A DNA stretch of 64,000 bases from an uncultured Porphyromonadaceae bacterium (GTDB lineage: Bacteria > Bacteroidota > Bacteroidia > Bacteroidales > Barnesiellaceae_A): assembly GCA_900538705.1 (NCBI GenBank), contig UPZG01000003.1, forward strand, positions 12,516 to 76,515. The letters run 5' to 3'. The position numbers were made by a program, and so were the translations under genes. The number at the start of each line of letters is the position of its first letter. The stretch's first letter is position 1. Positions 45,526 to 54,888 of this stretch are shown piece after piece. The notes under the pieces were generated by a model. The model searched no databases, had not been told where the DNA came from, and saw only the letters and a list, made by a program, of their open reading frames with translations.

Positions 45526-47280
45526 ATGGAAAATTATATTGTTTCGGCGCGGAAATACCGCCCGTCAACATTCAAATCGGTAGTAGGACAGAAAGCTCTT
45601 ACTCGTACACTTAAAAATGCTATTGATGCCCACAAACTGGCGCATGCATATCTTTTTTGTGGCCCGCGTGGTGTGGGTAAGACCTCCTGTGCCCGTATTT
45701 TTGCAAAAACCATCAATTGCTTACATCCTACGGCCGATGGTGAGGCTTGCAACGAATGTGAGTCATGCCGTGCCTTTAATGAACAGCGGTCTTATAATAT
45801 ATTGGAATTGGATGCCGCCTCAAACAATGGTGTCGACGAGATACGTGCATTGGTCGACCAAGTACGTATTCCTCCGCAAGTGGGCGAGTACAAGGTTTTT
45901 ATTGTCGACGAGGTGCATATGCTTTCTCCGGCGGCATTTAATGCTTTCTTGAAAACGCTTGAGGAACCTCCTCATCATGCTATCTTCATATTGGCAACTA
46001 CCGAGAAGCACAAGATATTGCCAACCATTTTGTCTCGCTGCCAGGTATATGACTTTCATCGCATTACGGTTGACGATATAGCAGAACATCTTCGTTACGT
46101 TGCAGAGCAGGAGGGTATTGCGGCTGAGCCTGAGGCCCTGAGTGTAATTGCTCAGAAAGCCGATGGAGGTATGCGAGATGCACTCTCGATATTCGACCAG
46201 ATAGCAAGTTTCTCTGCCGGGAATATTACATATAAGTCGGTTGTTGAAAATCTGAATATCCTCGACTACGAGTATTATTTCAAATTGACCGATGCTTTCT
46301 TGGCAGGTGATGTTCCCACGGCATTATTGGCATACAAAGATATATGTGACAAAGGTTTTGAGTCGCAATATTTTATAGTGGGTTTGGGCAACCACTTTCG
46401 CAATCTGTTGGTATGTAAAGACCCGGTTACCCTGCCGCTTTTTGAGATGGGCGAGTCGATAGCACAGCGATATGGAGAGCAGGCAGCTCGTTGTCCAGTG
46501 CAATTCCTATATAAAGCGATGGAATTGGCCAATACTTGCGACCTTAATTATAAAATAAGCAATAATAAACGCTTTCTGGTAGAGCTAATGCTTATCCAGC
46601 TTTGCCAGCTTGTTGCGGTTCCGGCCGAGGCTTCGAGTACATCTGATGCGCCATCATTACGACCTATTAAGCCTGCGACACCGGTTCAGGGAGCTTCTCA
46701 TCAACCTGCCACTTCGCAGCCTCAAGCTGGTCAGCCTGCCTCTCGGCCTGCGACTCCGGCAACGCTTCGACCTTCTTTGTCGCAGCAGTCGCATCCTGCT
46801 GCAGCGGCTACACGTCCTAAAAATCAGGTGTTGAGTATGGGTAAGCCCCCCGTCCCATCGATACGTATCAATGCAACAGCTAAAAATGGTGAGGTTACCG
46901 AAGAAAAACCGTTACGCGATACATCTTTCTCGCAAGATGAATTATTGCAATCGTGGAATAGTTTTGTCTCAACTATTACCGATGAGGTTGCATTATGTAA
47001 TACGATGCGTACGCATTTGCCGCAGTTGAAAGACAAAAACATATGTTTGGTTATCGTCGAAAGTCCTATCCAGCAGGCACTGCTACTTGAAAAACAAGAT
47101 GCTATTACCGATTTCCTGAGAGCAAAGCTCAAGAATGACTTTGTGACCATAGAGTTGGTTGTGCAGGCTTCGGAAGAGAAAAAGGTAACCTACGATGCTG
47201 CCGACATTATAGCAGCCATGAATGAAAATAATCCTAATCTCGAAAAGGCAATCAAGATACTTAATTTAGAGATGGAATAA
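45526..47280 (+). CDS. dnaX: DNA polymerase III subunit gamma/tau
   Basis: Motifs YRPSTFKSVVGQ, GPRGVGKTS, a zinc module CNECESC and DEVHML. Includes a P/A/S/Q-rich linker. ATG 45526 is preferred over TTG 45517. Confidence 0.93.
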   Translation: MENYIVSARKYRPSTFKSVVGQKALTRTLKNAIDAHKLAHAYLFCGPRGVGKTSCARIFAKTINCLHPTADGEACNECESCRAFNEQRSYNILELDAASNNGVDEIRALVDQVRIPPQVGEYKVFIVDEVHMLSPAAFNAFLKTLEEPPHHAIFILATTEKHKILPTILSRCQVYDFHRITVDDIAEHLRYVAEQEGIAAEPEALSVIAQKADGGMRDALSIFDQIASFSAGNITYKSVVENLNILDYEYYFKLTDAFLAGDVPTALLAYKDICDKGFESQYFIVGLGNHFRNLLVCKDPVTLPLFEMGESIAQRYGEQAARCPVQFLYKAMELANTCDLNYKISNNKRFLVELMLIQLCQLVAVPAEASSTSDAPSLRPIKPATPVQGASHQPATSQPQAGQPASRPATPATLRPSLSQQSHPAAAATRPKNQVLSMGKPPVPSIRINATAKNGEVTEEKPLRDTSFSQDELLQSWNSFVSTITDEVALCNTMRTHLPQLKDKNICLVIVESPIQQALLLEKQDAITDFLRAKLKNDFVTIELVVQASEEKKVTYDAADIIAAMNENNPNLEKAIKILNLEME

Positions 47281-47378
47281 TCACTTCGCGCAGCAGCATG
47301 CTTATGTAAGGAGGGGACGTTCTGGCCTATACAAATTAAAAAGTGTGGAAAAGTATTGCGTAATATTCACGGGTTGAT

Positions 47379-47386
47379 TACTTTTG
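47379..47386 (+). promoter_or_regulatory. -7 box (TActTTTG) for ansA
   Basis: Exact motif 34 nt upstream of the ATG at 47420. Confidence 0.45.
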
Positions 47387-47419
47387 TTTATACATTTATA
47401 ACATATAACACACCGAGGT

Positions 47420-48475
47420 ATGGCGACATCGTTGACATCAGTACTCATTATTTATACCGGCGGAACTATTGGTATGGCGCAAAACCCTGTTACGGGGGCA
47501 TTAGAGCCGTTCAATTTTCATCATCTGTTAGATAATGTACCCGAATTACGGCTGTTAGGTTCTTCTATTTCAACCATACAATTTGAGCCTCCCATAGACT
47601 CGTCTGAGATTGAGCCGTCGCAATGGGCAAGACTGGTGTCTCTTATTTCAGAAAATTACGATTTGTTCGATGGATTTGTTGTCTTGCATGGAACCGATAC
47701 TATGGCTTATACAGCCTCGGCGGTAAGTTTTATGCTCGAAAATTTGAGTAAGCCCGTTATTTTCACCGGTTCGCAGCTCCCTATAGGCGTGTTGCGTACC
47801 GATGGTAAAGAAAATCTTATTACCGCCATAGAGATAGCGTCGGCAAAATATCCCGACGGTAGACCTATTGTGCCAGAGGTATGCATTTTCTTTGAGAATT
47901 CGCTTATGAGGGGCAATCGTACCAGCAAGATAAGTGCCGAGAATTTCAATGCCTTTGCTTCGCCCAACTATCCATTACTGGCACAAGTGGGTGTACACAT
48001 CAGCTACGACGAAAGCGAGATACGTCGTCCCGATGATACTTTGCCTCTGAAAGCTCACTTCTTAATGGATACCAACATAGCTGTATTGAAGCTATATCCT
48101 GGAATAAGCCGCCAGGCTGTTCATCAAATATTGAATATCCCGGGCTTGAAGGGCGTTGTGATGGAAACATTTGGAGCGGGCAATGCTCCAAAGTGTGAAT
48201 GGTTCTTGTCGGAATTGCGTACGGCAATACAGCGAGGCATTGTGATTGTAAACGTTACACAATGTAACAGTGGTAGTGTACAAATGGGATTGTACAGTAC
48301 TGGAAATACTTTATTGGGATGTGGGGTATTGAGTGGCTATGACAGTACTACAGAAGCTGCCATTGCTAAGTTGATGTTCCTTTTCGGTCATGGTCTTTCG
48401 CCCAAAGAGGTAGCAGCCGCAATGAACCGTTCTTTTGTAGGCGAAATAACTATTTCTGACAAAGATTCTCTTTAA
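47420..48475 (+). CDS. ansA: Type I L-asparaginase
   Basis: Motifs IYTGGTIGM and HGTDTMAYTASA. Confidence 0.92.
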   Translation: MATSLTSVLIIYTGGTIGMAQNPVTGALEPFNFHHLLDNVPELRLLGSSISTIQFEPPIDSSEIEPSQWARLVSLISENYDLFDGFVVLHGTDTMAYTASAVSFMLENLSKPVIFTGSQLPIGVLRTDGKENLITAIEIASAKYPDGRPIVPEVCIFFENSLMRGNRTSKISAENFNAFASPNYPLLAQVGVHISYDESEIRRPDDTLPLKAHFLMDTNIAVLKLYPGISRQAVHQILNIPGLKGVVMETFGAGNAPKCEWFLSELRTAIQRGIVIVNVTQCNSGSVQMGLYSTGNTLLGCGVLSGYDSTTEAAIAKLMFLFGHGLSPKEVAAAMNRSFVGEITISDKDSL

Positions 48476-48511
48476 TGGAGATATATACATGCTCTTATGT
48501 AAGAGCATAAA

Positions 48512-48553
48512 CAAAAAATGGTCGCCCCGTTTGTTGTGGCGACCATTTTTTTG
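48512..48553. terminator. Bidirectional rho-independent terminator (ansA / rpsO)
   Basis: 9-bp stem ATGGTCGCC / GGCGACCAT (48518-48526 / 48538-48546), flanked by AAAAAA on the 5' side and TTTTTT on the 3' side. Confidence 0.75.
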
Positions 48554-48567
48554 TTTGTTCTCGCAGC

Positions 48568-48843
48568 TTATTTGCGAATACCAAGTTCTTTGTTGGCGAT
48601 GATGGCACGATATCTGTTGATATCTTTTCTCATCAAGTAGTCGAGCAAACGACGACGTTTACCTACCAACATTTTCAAAGCCCTTTGTGTCGTATAATCT
48701 TTATGGTTTGACTTCAAGTGTTCAGTCAAACGAGAAATACGGTACGAGAATAATGCTATCTGAGCCTCGGGAGAGCCAGTATCAGTATTGGACTTTCCGT
48801 ATTTCTCAAAGATTTCTGCTTTTTTCTCAGCGGTTAAATACAT
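48568..48843 (-). CDS. rpsO: 30S ribosomal protein S15
   Basis: Sequence MYLTAEKKAEIFEKYGKSNTDTGSPEAQIALFSYRISRLTEHLK. Start moved to the ATG at 48843. Confidence 0.95.
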   Translation of the reverse strand: MYLTAEKKAEIFEKYGKSNTDTGSPEAQIALFSYRISRLTEHLKSNHKDYTTQRALKMLVGKRRRLLDYLMRKDINRYRAIIANKELGIRK

Positions 48844-48887
48844 TTCCTTTTGAGTTTTATAGTTGTTATATAAATCTTTTGAGCGCA

Positions 48888-48895
48888 CAAAGGTA
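48888..48895 (-). promoter_or_regulatory. -7 box (TAccTTTG) for rpsO
   Basis: CAAAGGTA on the + strand, 45 nt upstream of the ATG. Confidence 0.5.
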
Positions 48896-49151
48896 GCAAT
48901 AGTTTTTATAAATGCAAAATGGTTGTGTATAAAAAGTTTCCTTTAATGTGTGTAGATATTTGGGTGGCTGGCTATATCATTTTCTTTGGCTGTTGTGAGT
49001 ATCGATTTTATTGAGACGAGGTGTGCCGATTTGTTGAGGCGTAGGCCGTTGTGACATATTTGAAGATATGAGTCTGGTATTTGAAAAGCCAATGTAATTT
49101 GTTGTAAATATGTAATTGTATGATATGTGTAGAATATGTTGTCTTTTTTTG

Positions 49152-49159
49152 TACCTTTG
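49152..49159 (+). promoter_or_regulatory. -7 box (TAccTTTG) for typA
   Basis: Exact motif 79 nt upstream of the ATG at 49238. Confidence 0.5.
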
Positions 49160-49237
49160 CACCGCCAAAAAACAGTACGGCAATTTACCGTATATTATTG
49201 GCATACGTTCTATTATATATAAATTCAGTAGGTTGTT

Positions 49238-51037
49238 ATGCAGAAAATCAGGAACATTGCTATTATTGCCCATGTCGATCATGGAAAAACGACGTTGGTC
49301 GATAAAATGCTTATGGCCGGTCATCTTTTTCGCGAGAACCAGAAAGCCGGTGAGTTGATACTCGATAATAATGATTTGGAACGAGAACGAGGTATCACGA
49401 TTCTTTCTAAGAATGTGTCTATCAGGTATAAAGATTATAAGATAAATATTATTGATACTCCTGGACACGCCGATTTTGGTGGTGAAGTAGAGCGGGTACT
49501 CAATATGGCCGATGGTTGTTTGTTGCTCGTCGATGCTTTTGAAGGCCCTATGCCGCAAACTCGTTTTGTATTGCAAAAAGCAATAGAGATGGGCTTAAAA
49601 CCAGTTGTGGTTATCAATAAGGTTGATAAGCCTAATTGTCGCCCAGATGAGGTACAAGATATGGTGTTCGACCTGATGTGCAGCCTCGATGCTACGGAAG
49701 ATCAGCTTGATTTCCCTACAATATATGGTTCGGCCAAACAAGGTTGGATGAGTACCGACTGGCGTAAGCCTACAGACAACATACAACCGTTGCTCGATGC
49801 CATTATAGAGTATATACCAGAGCCTGCTTATCTGGAAGGACCGGTACAGATGCTTATCACGTCGCTCGATTATTCATCGTATGTAGGACGTATCGCTGTA
49901 GGCCGTATTCACCGTGGAGAGTTACGTGAGGGAATGGAAGTAGCTTTGTGTAAACGTGATGGGTCGGTGGTGAAACAACGTATCAAAGAGCTCGACCTTT
50001 TTGAGGGTATGGGACGTACCAAGGTCGACCATGCTACCTGTGGCGATATCTGCGCACTGGTTGGCCTCGAAGATTTTGAGATTGGCGATACAGTTGCCGA
50101 TGTCCTTAATCCTGAACCCCTTAAACGTATTGCCATTGATGAGCCTACCATGTCTATGACTTTTACCATCAACGATTCTCCGTTCTTTGGTCGTGATGGC
50201 AAGTATGTTACTTCCCGTCATATAGCCGACCGGTTGGCTCGTGAGTTGGATAAAAATTTGGCTTTGCGAGTAGAGAAGGGTCCCAAAGAGGACGTCTGGA
50301 ATGTGTATGGACGTGGTGTGTTGCACCTCTCGATACTTATTGAGACCATGCGTCGTGAAGGGTATGAGTTGCAGGTAGGTCAGCCGCAGGTTATTATCAA
50401 AGAGATAGACGGTAAGAAGTGTGAGCCTGTAGAGTTGCTCACTATCAATTTGCCTGAGGAATATTCGAGCAAAATCATAGATATGGTAACTCGCCGTAAG
50501 GGTGAGATGACCTCTATGACGACACAGGGAGACCGGTTGCATATCGAGTTTGTTATCCCGTCTCGCGGTATTATAGGATTGCGTAACAATGTGCTTACCG
50601 CTTCGGCCGGTGAGGCTGTAATGGCGCATAGATTTTTGGAGTATCAGCCCTGGAAGGGCGATATAGACCGTCGTACAAATGGCTCGCTCATAGCAATGGA
50701 GTCGGGTACGGCTTATGCTTATGCCATAGACAAGCTGCAAGACCGCGGGCGTTTCTTTATTTTCCCACAAGAAGAGGTTTATGCCGGACAAGTGGTGGGA
50801 GAGAACGCAAAGGAGAACGATATTGTTGTGAATGTCACCAAGTCGAAGAAACTGACAAATATGCGGGCTTCGGGGTCTGACGATAAGGTAAAACTGGTAC
50901 CTCCTGTAGTGTTTACCCTCGAAGAGGCATTGGAGTATATCAAGGAAGATGAATATGTAGAAGTTACTCCGCATCACCTTCGTTTGCGTAAAATCATTCT
51001 TGACGAGATAGAGCGTAAACGTGCCAACAAACAGTAA
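49238..51037 (+). CDS. typA: Translational GTPase TypA/BipA
   Basis: Motifs [31 protein letters not shown] and NKVD. Full-length 599 aa. Confidence 0.96.
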   Translation: MQKIRNIAIIAHVDHGKTTLVDKMLMAGHLFRENQKAGELILDNNDLERERGITILSKNVSIRYKDYKINIIDTPGHADFGGEVERVLNMADGCLLLVDAFEGPMPQTRFVLQKAIEMGLKPVVVINKVDKPNCRPDEVQDMVFDLMCSLDATEDQLDFPTIYGSAKQGWMSTDWRKPTDNIQPLLDAIIEYIPEPAYLEGPVQMLITSLDYSSYVGRIAVGRIHRGELREGMEVALCKRDGSVVKQRIKELDLFEGMGRTKVDHATCGDICALVGLEDFEIGDTVADVLNPEPLKRIAIDEPTMSMTFTINDSPFFGRDGKYVTSRHIADRLARELDKNLALRVEKGPKEDVWNVYGRGVLHLSILIETMRREGYELQVGQPQVIIKEIDGKKCEPVELLTINLPEEYSSKIIDMVTRRKGEMTSMTTQGDRLHIEFVIPSRGIIGLRNNVLTASAGEAVMAHRFLEYQPWKGDIDRRTNGSLIAMESGTAYAYAIDKLQDRGRFFIFPQEEVYAGQVVGENAKENDIVVNVTKSKKLTNMRASGSDDKVKLVPPVVFTLEEALEYIKEDEYVEVTPHHLRLRKIILDEIERKRANKQ

Positions 51038-51059
51038 TCGCAGGTTGCTGTGTAGATAT

Positions 51060-51099
51060 AATCCGCAATGTATTTTATTATACGTTGCGGATTTTTTGT
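51060..51099 (+). terminator. Rho-independent terminator of typA
   Basis: Stem AATCCGCAA / TTGCGGATT (51060-51068 / 51085-51093) followed by TTTTTG. Confidence 0.75.
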
Positions 51100-51203
51100 T
51101 GGTTTCTTTACTCTCTTTAGGGTCGATGCCTTTAATATGCGCGGGGAATAGTATATCTTTACGCTCACAAAGAAACACCGGTATAAAAAAGGATTAATTA
51201 TAT

Positions 51204-52580
51204 ATGAAAGAGAAGAAAAATGTGCTCCTCACCGGCGCAACCGGTGTAATGGGAAGTGCGGGTCTCAAAGAGCTGGTCAAGATGCTCGATAGAATAAATC
51301 TAACTCTCCTCGTAAGGCCTTCTGAGATAAACAAGAAGAAAATGGCACCCTATATGGCGATGCCCGGTATCCGTATCGTTTGGGGTGACCTTGTTTCTTA
51401 TAATGATGTGCAAGCGGCTGTTGCCGATGTTGATATAGTATTACATGTAGGTGGAATGGTATCTCCTCGTGCCGACCACTATCCTCGGCAGACTTTGCAC
51501 GTAAATATTACTGCAGCTGAAAATATTGTGCGTGCTGTAAAGTCGCGACCCGATGCCGATAATGTACGCGTCGTATATATAGGGTCGGTTGCACAGACCG
51601 GGCACCGTTGTCCGCCGATACACTGGGGTCGTGTAGGAGACCCCATTTGTGCCAGTGTATACGATGCCTATGCCATCTCAAAGTGTAAGGCCGAACGTAT
51701 CTTTGCCGAGTCGGGCCTTCGTTATTGGGTGAGCTTGCGACAGACGGGTATACTATATCCCGAACTAATTATCAACGGGGCTGACCCTATCACGTTTCAT
51801 GTGCCTATTAACGGTGTGCTTGAATGGGCTACGGTAGAAGACTCGGGTAGGTTGTTGGCTCGACTTTGTGATACCGAGTTGCCCGATACATTTTGGCGAC
51901 AATTTTATAATATAAGTAGTGGGCCTGAGTATAGGCTTACGATGTATGAATTTGAGAGCCTGTTATTACAGGCGTTGTCATGTCCACCTCCCGAGGCCGT
52001 ATTTGAGACACGTTGGTTTGCTACCCGTAATTTCCACGGATATTGGTTCAGCGACAGTGATGTGTTGGAGAAATATCTCCACTTCCGAGCCAATGTGCCT
52101 GTAAAAGAATATTTTTCACAACTCCGAAAGTCGTTGCCATGGTACTTCTCTTTGGCTAAGATTGTTCCTGCCATATTTATCAAGTGGGCTATGGGATTGT
52201 TGTGTCGCCGTAAACCGTTAGGTACTATGAGTTGGTTTAAGAATAACGATACGGGGCGTATATCGGCCTTTTTTGGCTCACGTGAAGCTTGGCAAAATAT
52301 ACCGGGATGGGATAAAGTAGACCTTACTCGACCTTCTGATACCTCTATTATGCTCAATCATGGTTATGACGAGTCGAAACCTTTGTCGAAGTGGAATATC
52401 GACGATATGCGTCGTGCAGCCGAGTGGCGTGGTGGGCGCTGTCTGTCTCCTGATATGAAAGAAGGAGATATTTATACGCCGCTGAAGTGGGAGTGTTATG
52501 ATAAACACCACTTTGAAGCGTCGCCAGCAGTAGTGCTGTTGGGAGGGCATTGGTGCCCACACTGTTTCCCAGCACCCTAG
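51204..52580 (+). CDS. NAD-dependent epimerase/dehydratase (SDR) family protein with a Cys-containing C-terminal domain; ends at an in-frame TAG (see findings)
   Basis: Rossmann motif LLTGATGVMGSAG and YAISK. The C-terminus reads GGHWCPHCFPAP-TAG, and the frame then stays open and coding-like to 52697. Confidence 0.8.
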   Translation: MKEKKNVLLTGATGVMGSAGLKELVKMLDRINLTLLVRPSEINKKKMAPYMAMPGIRIVWGDLVSYNDVQAAVADVDIVLHVGGMVSPRADHYPRQTLHVNITAAENIVRAVKSRPDADNVRVVYIGSVAQTGHRCPPIHWGRVGDPICASVYDAYAISKCKAERIFAESGLRYWVSLRQTGILYPELIINGADPITFHVPINGVLEWATVEDSGRLLARLCDTELPDTFWRQFYNISSGPEYRLTMYEFESLLLQALSCPPPEAVFETRWFATRNFHGYWFSDSDVLEKYLHFRANVPVKEYFSQLRKSLPWYFSLAKIVPAIFIKWAMGLLCRRKPLGTMSWFKNNDTGRISAFFGSREAWQNIPGWDKVDLTRPSDTSIMLNHGYDESKPLSKWNIDDMRRAAEWRGGRCLSPDMKEGDIYTPLKWECYDKHHFEASPAVVLLGGHWCPHCFPAP

Positions 52581-52770
52581 CGATATGACCGCGAGGCACG
52601 TCACAACCCATTCTTTGCACAAGTATGGTATGCCAGCCATTCGCCCGAGGAAGATGTTGTCTATGAGATGCCTGCATGTGGCGAAGATGCACACTGACAA
52701 GATGGTTTTATTTGTATGAACTTAAACTTTTTTATAAGCCGAGATTGTGCGATTTGTAATTGATAATCAC

Positions 52771-52778
52771 TATATTTG
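52771..52778 (+). promoter_or_regulatory. -7 box (TAtaTTTG) upstream of tnaA
   Basis: Exact motif 113 nt upstream of the ATG at 52891. Confidence 0.4.
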
Positions 52779-52890
52779 TAAATGTATAGGGCGTTTCCCC
52801 AAGCAATGAAAAACACAATAGTTTTATGCCTGCATACAAATAGAAACCTTATGATACCAAACACAGTTATTTATATATAAAAAAGTTATT

Positions 52891-54264
52891 ATGGAATTAC
52901 CTTTTGCAGAATCTTGGAAAATCAAGATGGTGGAACCCATCCGTAAAAGTACTCGTGAAGAACGCGAAGCATGGCTTAAAGAGGCCCATTACAATGTATT
53001 TCAACTTAAAGCCGAGCAGGTGTATATAGACTTGCTTACCGATTCTGGTACTGGTGCCATGACCGACCGTCAGTGGGCTGGTATGATGATGGGAGACGAG
53101 AGTTATGCTGGTGCCCGCTCTTTTATACACATGAAGGAGATGATAACCTCACTTACCGGTTTTGAATATGTAATACCTACACACCAAGGCCGTGCTGCCG
53201 AGAATGTTCTCTTCTCGTATCTCGTTCATGAGGGTGATATTGTGCCCGGTAATTCACATTTTGATACGACTAAAGGTCATATTGAGGGGCGTCATGCTAC
53301 AGCTCTTGATTGTACGGTTGATGAAGCGAAAGATACGCAACTCGAAGTGCCTTTTAAAGGTAATGTAGACTTGAAAAAATTGGAAAAGGCATTGCAAGAG
53401 TATGCCGGTCGCATACCTTTCATTATCATTACTATCACCAACAATACCGCAGGTGGTCAGCCTGTTTCGATGGAAAATCTGCGCGGAGTACGCGAATTGT
53501 CGAAGAAATACAATGTACCGGTTATTTTCGACTCTGCCCGCTTTGCCGAAAATGCCTATTTCATAAAGACCCGTGAGGCCGGATATGCCGACAAAACGAT
53601 AAAAGAGATTGTTCGTGAAATGTTTTCTCTTGCCGATGGCATGACAATGAGTGCCAAGAAAGATGCTATTGTAAACATGGGCGGTTTCATTGCGACATCG
53701 AAAAAAGATTGGTATGAAGGAGCCAAAGGGTTCTGCGTACAATTTGAAGGCTATCTTACATATGGTGGTATGAATGGCCGTGATATGGAGGCTTTGGCTA
53801 TAGGTCTGGACGAAAATACGGAGTTCGATAATTTGGAAACTCGTATTCGTCAGGTACAGTATTTGGCTGCAAAACTCGATGAGTATGGTATTCCCTATCA
53901 ACGTCCTGCCGGTGGTCACGCCATTTTCGTAGATGCCAGCAAGGTACTTGTCAATGTTCCCAAAGAGGAATTCCCGGCACAGACTCTTACAATAGAACTT
54001 TATCTTGAGGCTGGTATACGTGGATGCGAGATTGGCTATATCCTTGCCGACCGCGACCCCGTAACACGTGAAAACCGTTTTGGTGGGCTCGACTTGTTGC
54101 GCCTTGCCATTCCTCGTCGGGTATACACCAACAACCATATGGATGTGATTGCTGCTGCATTGAAGAATGTGTATGACCGTCGCGAGGAGATAAAACACGG
54201 TGTACGCATTACATGGGAAGCCGAGTTGATGCGTCACTTTACCGTGCAGTTGGAAAGATTATAA
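52891..54264 (+). CDS. tnaA: Tryptophanase (tryptophan indole-lyase)
   Basis: Beta-eliminating lyase. The residues FDTTKGH, DSARFAENAYFIK and MSAKKDA match E. coli TnaA rather than tyrosine phenol-lyase (FTTTRYH, MSGKKDC). Confidence 0.9.
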   Translation: MELPFAESWKIKMVEPIRKSTREEREAWLKEAHYNVFQLKAEQVYIDLLTDSGTGAMTDRQWAGMMMGDESYAGARSFIHMKEMITSLTGFEYVIPTHQGRAAENVLFSYLVHEGDIVPGNSHFDTTKGHIEGRHATALDCTVDEAKDTQLEVPFKGNVDLKKLEKALQEYAGRIPFIIITITNNTAGGQPVSMENLRGVRELSKKYNVPVIFDSARFAENAYFIKTREAGYADKTIKEIVREMFSLADGMTMSAKKDAIVNMGGFIATSKKDWYEGAKGFCVQFEGYLTYGGMNGRDMEALAIGLDENTEFDNLETRIRQVQYLAAKLDEYGIPYQRPAGGHAIFVDASKVLVNVPKEEFPAQTLTIELYLEAGIRGCEIGYILADRDPVTRENRFGGLDLLRLAIPRRVYTNNHMDVIAAALKNVYDRREEIKHGVRITWEAELMRHFTVQLERL

Positions 54265-54378
54265 TAAATTAGTTTATACCATGCATATTGGGGCTGTGTC
54301 GGAATATAATTCCCGATGCAGCCCTTTTTCGAGAGAAGTTTTATATAGTCCCGGCGTTTGTGCCTATACTTTGGAAAT

Positions 54379-54885
54379 ATGATTATAATACGTCCCAGTA
54401 ATTTGCAGCATATCGATGCTATTATGGCGATATACGATAAGGCTAAAGAGTTTATGCGCCGGCATGGCAACCCTACTCAGTGGCGCGAGGGTTATCCTCC
54501 TCGTGACCTGATAGTCGCTGAAATATCACAGGGCCGCCACTTTTCTTGTTTTTACGGGCATGACATAGTAGGCGTTTTCTCCTTCATTATGGGAGAAGAT
54601 TCTACCTATGGATATATCGAGGATGGGGCGTGGCTCAACGATGCACCTTACGGTACGATACACCGTCTTGCTTCGTCGGGAGTGGTACCCGGTATTGCCG
54701 GCGTCTGTATAGAGTGGTGTGCTAAGCGGTGTGGAAATCTTCGTGCCGATACGCATCGTGACAATCTTGTGATGCAACACATCTTGTTGAGGCATGCTTT
54801 TGTACGCTGCGGCATAATCTATGTGCAGAACGGGAGCAAACGTATCGCTTACCAACGGACAGGAATAGAGCAAGAACGCCGATAA
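54379..54885 (+). CDS. GNAT-family N-acetyltransferase
   Basis: About 168 aa with a GNAT-like layout (MIIIRPSNLQHIDAIMAIYDKAKEFM...HRLA...GIAG). Start moved to the ATG at 54379. Confidence 0.75.
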   Translation: MIIIRPSNLQHIDAIMAIYDKAKEFMRRHGNPTQWREGYPPRDLIVAEISQGRHFSCFYGHDIVGVFSFIMGEDSTYGYIEDGAWLNDAPYGTIHRLASSGVVPGIAGVCIEWCAKRCGNLRADTHRDNLVMQHILLRHAFVRCGIIYVQNGSKRIAYQRTGIEQERR

Positions 54886-54888
54886 GAG

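Noticed and set aside
45526-47280. Possible programmed -1 frameshift in dnaX, as in E. coli gamma/tau.
   Set aside because: I saw no A AAA AAG-type slippery heptamer in the middle of the gene. The only GAG AAA AAG lies about 30 codons from the C-terminus, where a shift would be meaningless.
48489-48508. 8-bp hairpin ATGCTCTT-ATGT-AAGAGCAT just after the ansA stop.
   Set aside because: It has no T-tract on either strand. The adjacent hairpin at 48518-48546 is the convincing bidirectional terminator.
49922-51178. 418-aa minus-strand ORF.
   Set aside because: It is antisense to typA, which is unambiguous. The translation is I/L/F/Y/H-rich with no motifs, as expected for a stop-poor antisense frame. 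The same reasoning applies to 48977-49576.
52806-52880. 24-codon uORF (MKNTIVLCLHTNRNLMIPNTVIYI) ending 10 nt before tnaA, the same length as E. coli TnaC.
   Set aside because: It has no Trp codon and no Pro at the end, the residues essential for TnaC-type sensing. By rough estimate, an open frame of 24 codons in this short AT-rich stretch is not improbable by chance. There is no upstream ribosome-binding signal that I can assess.
53254-54237. 327-aa minus-strand ORF.
   Set aside because: It is antisense to tnaA and has no recognisable domain.
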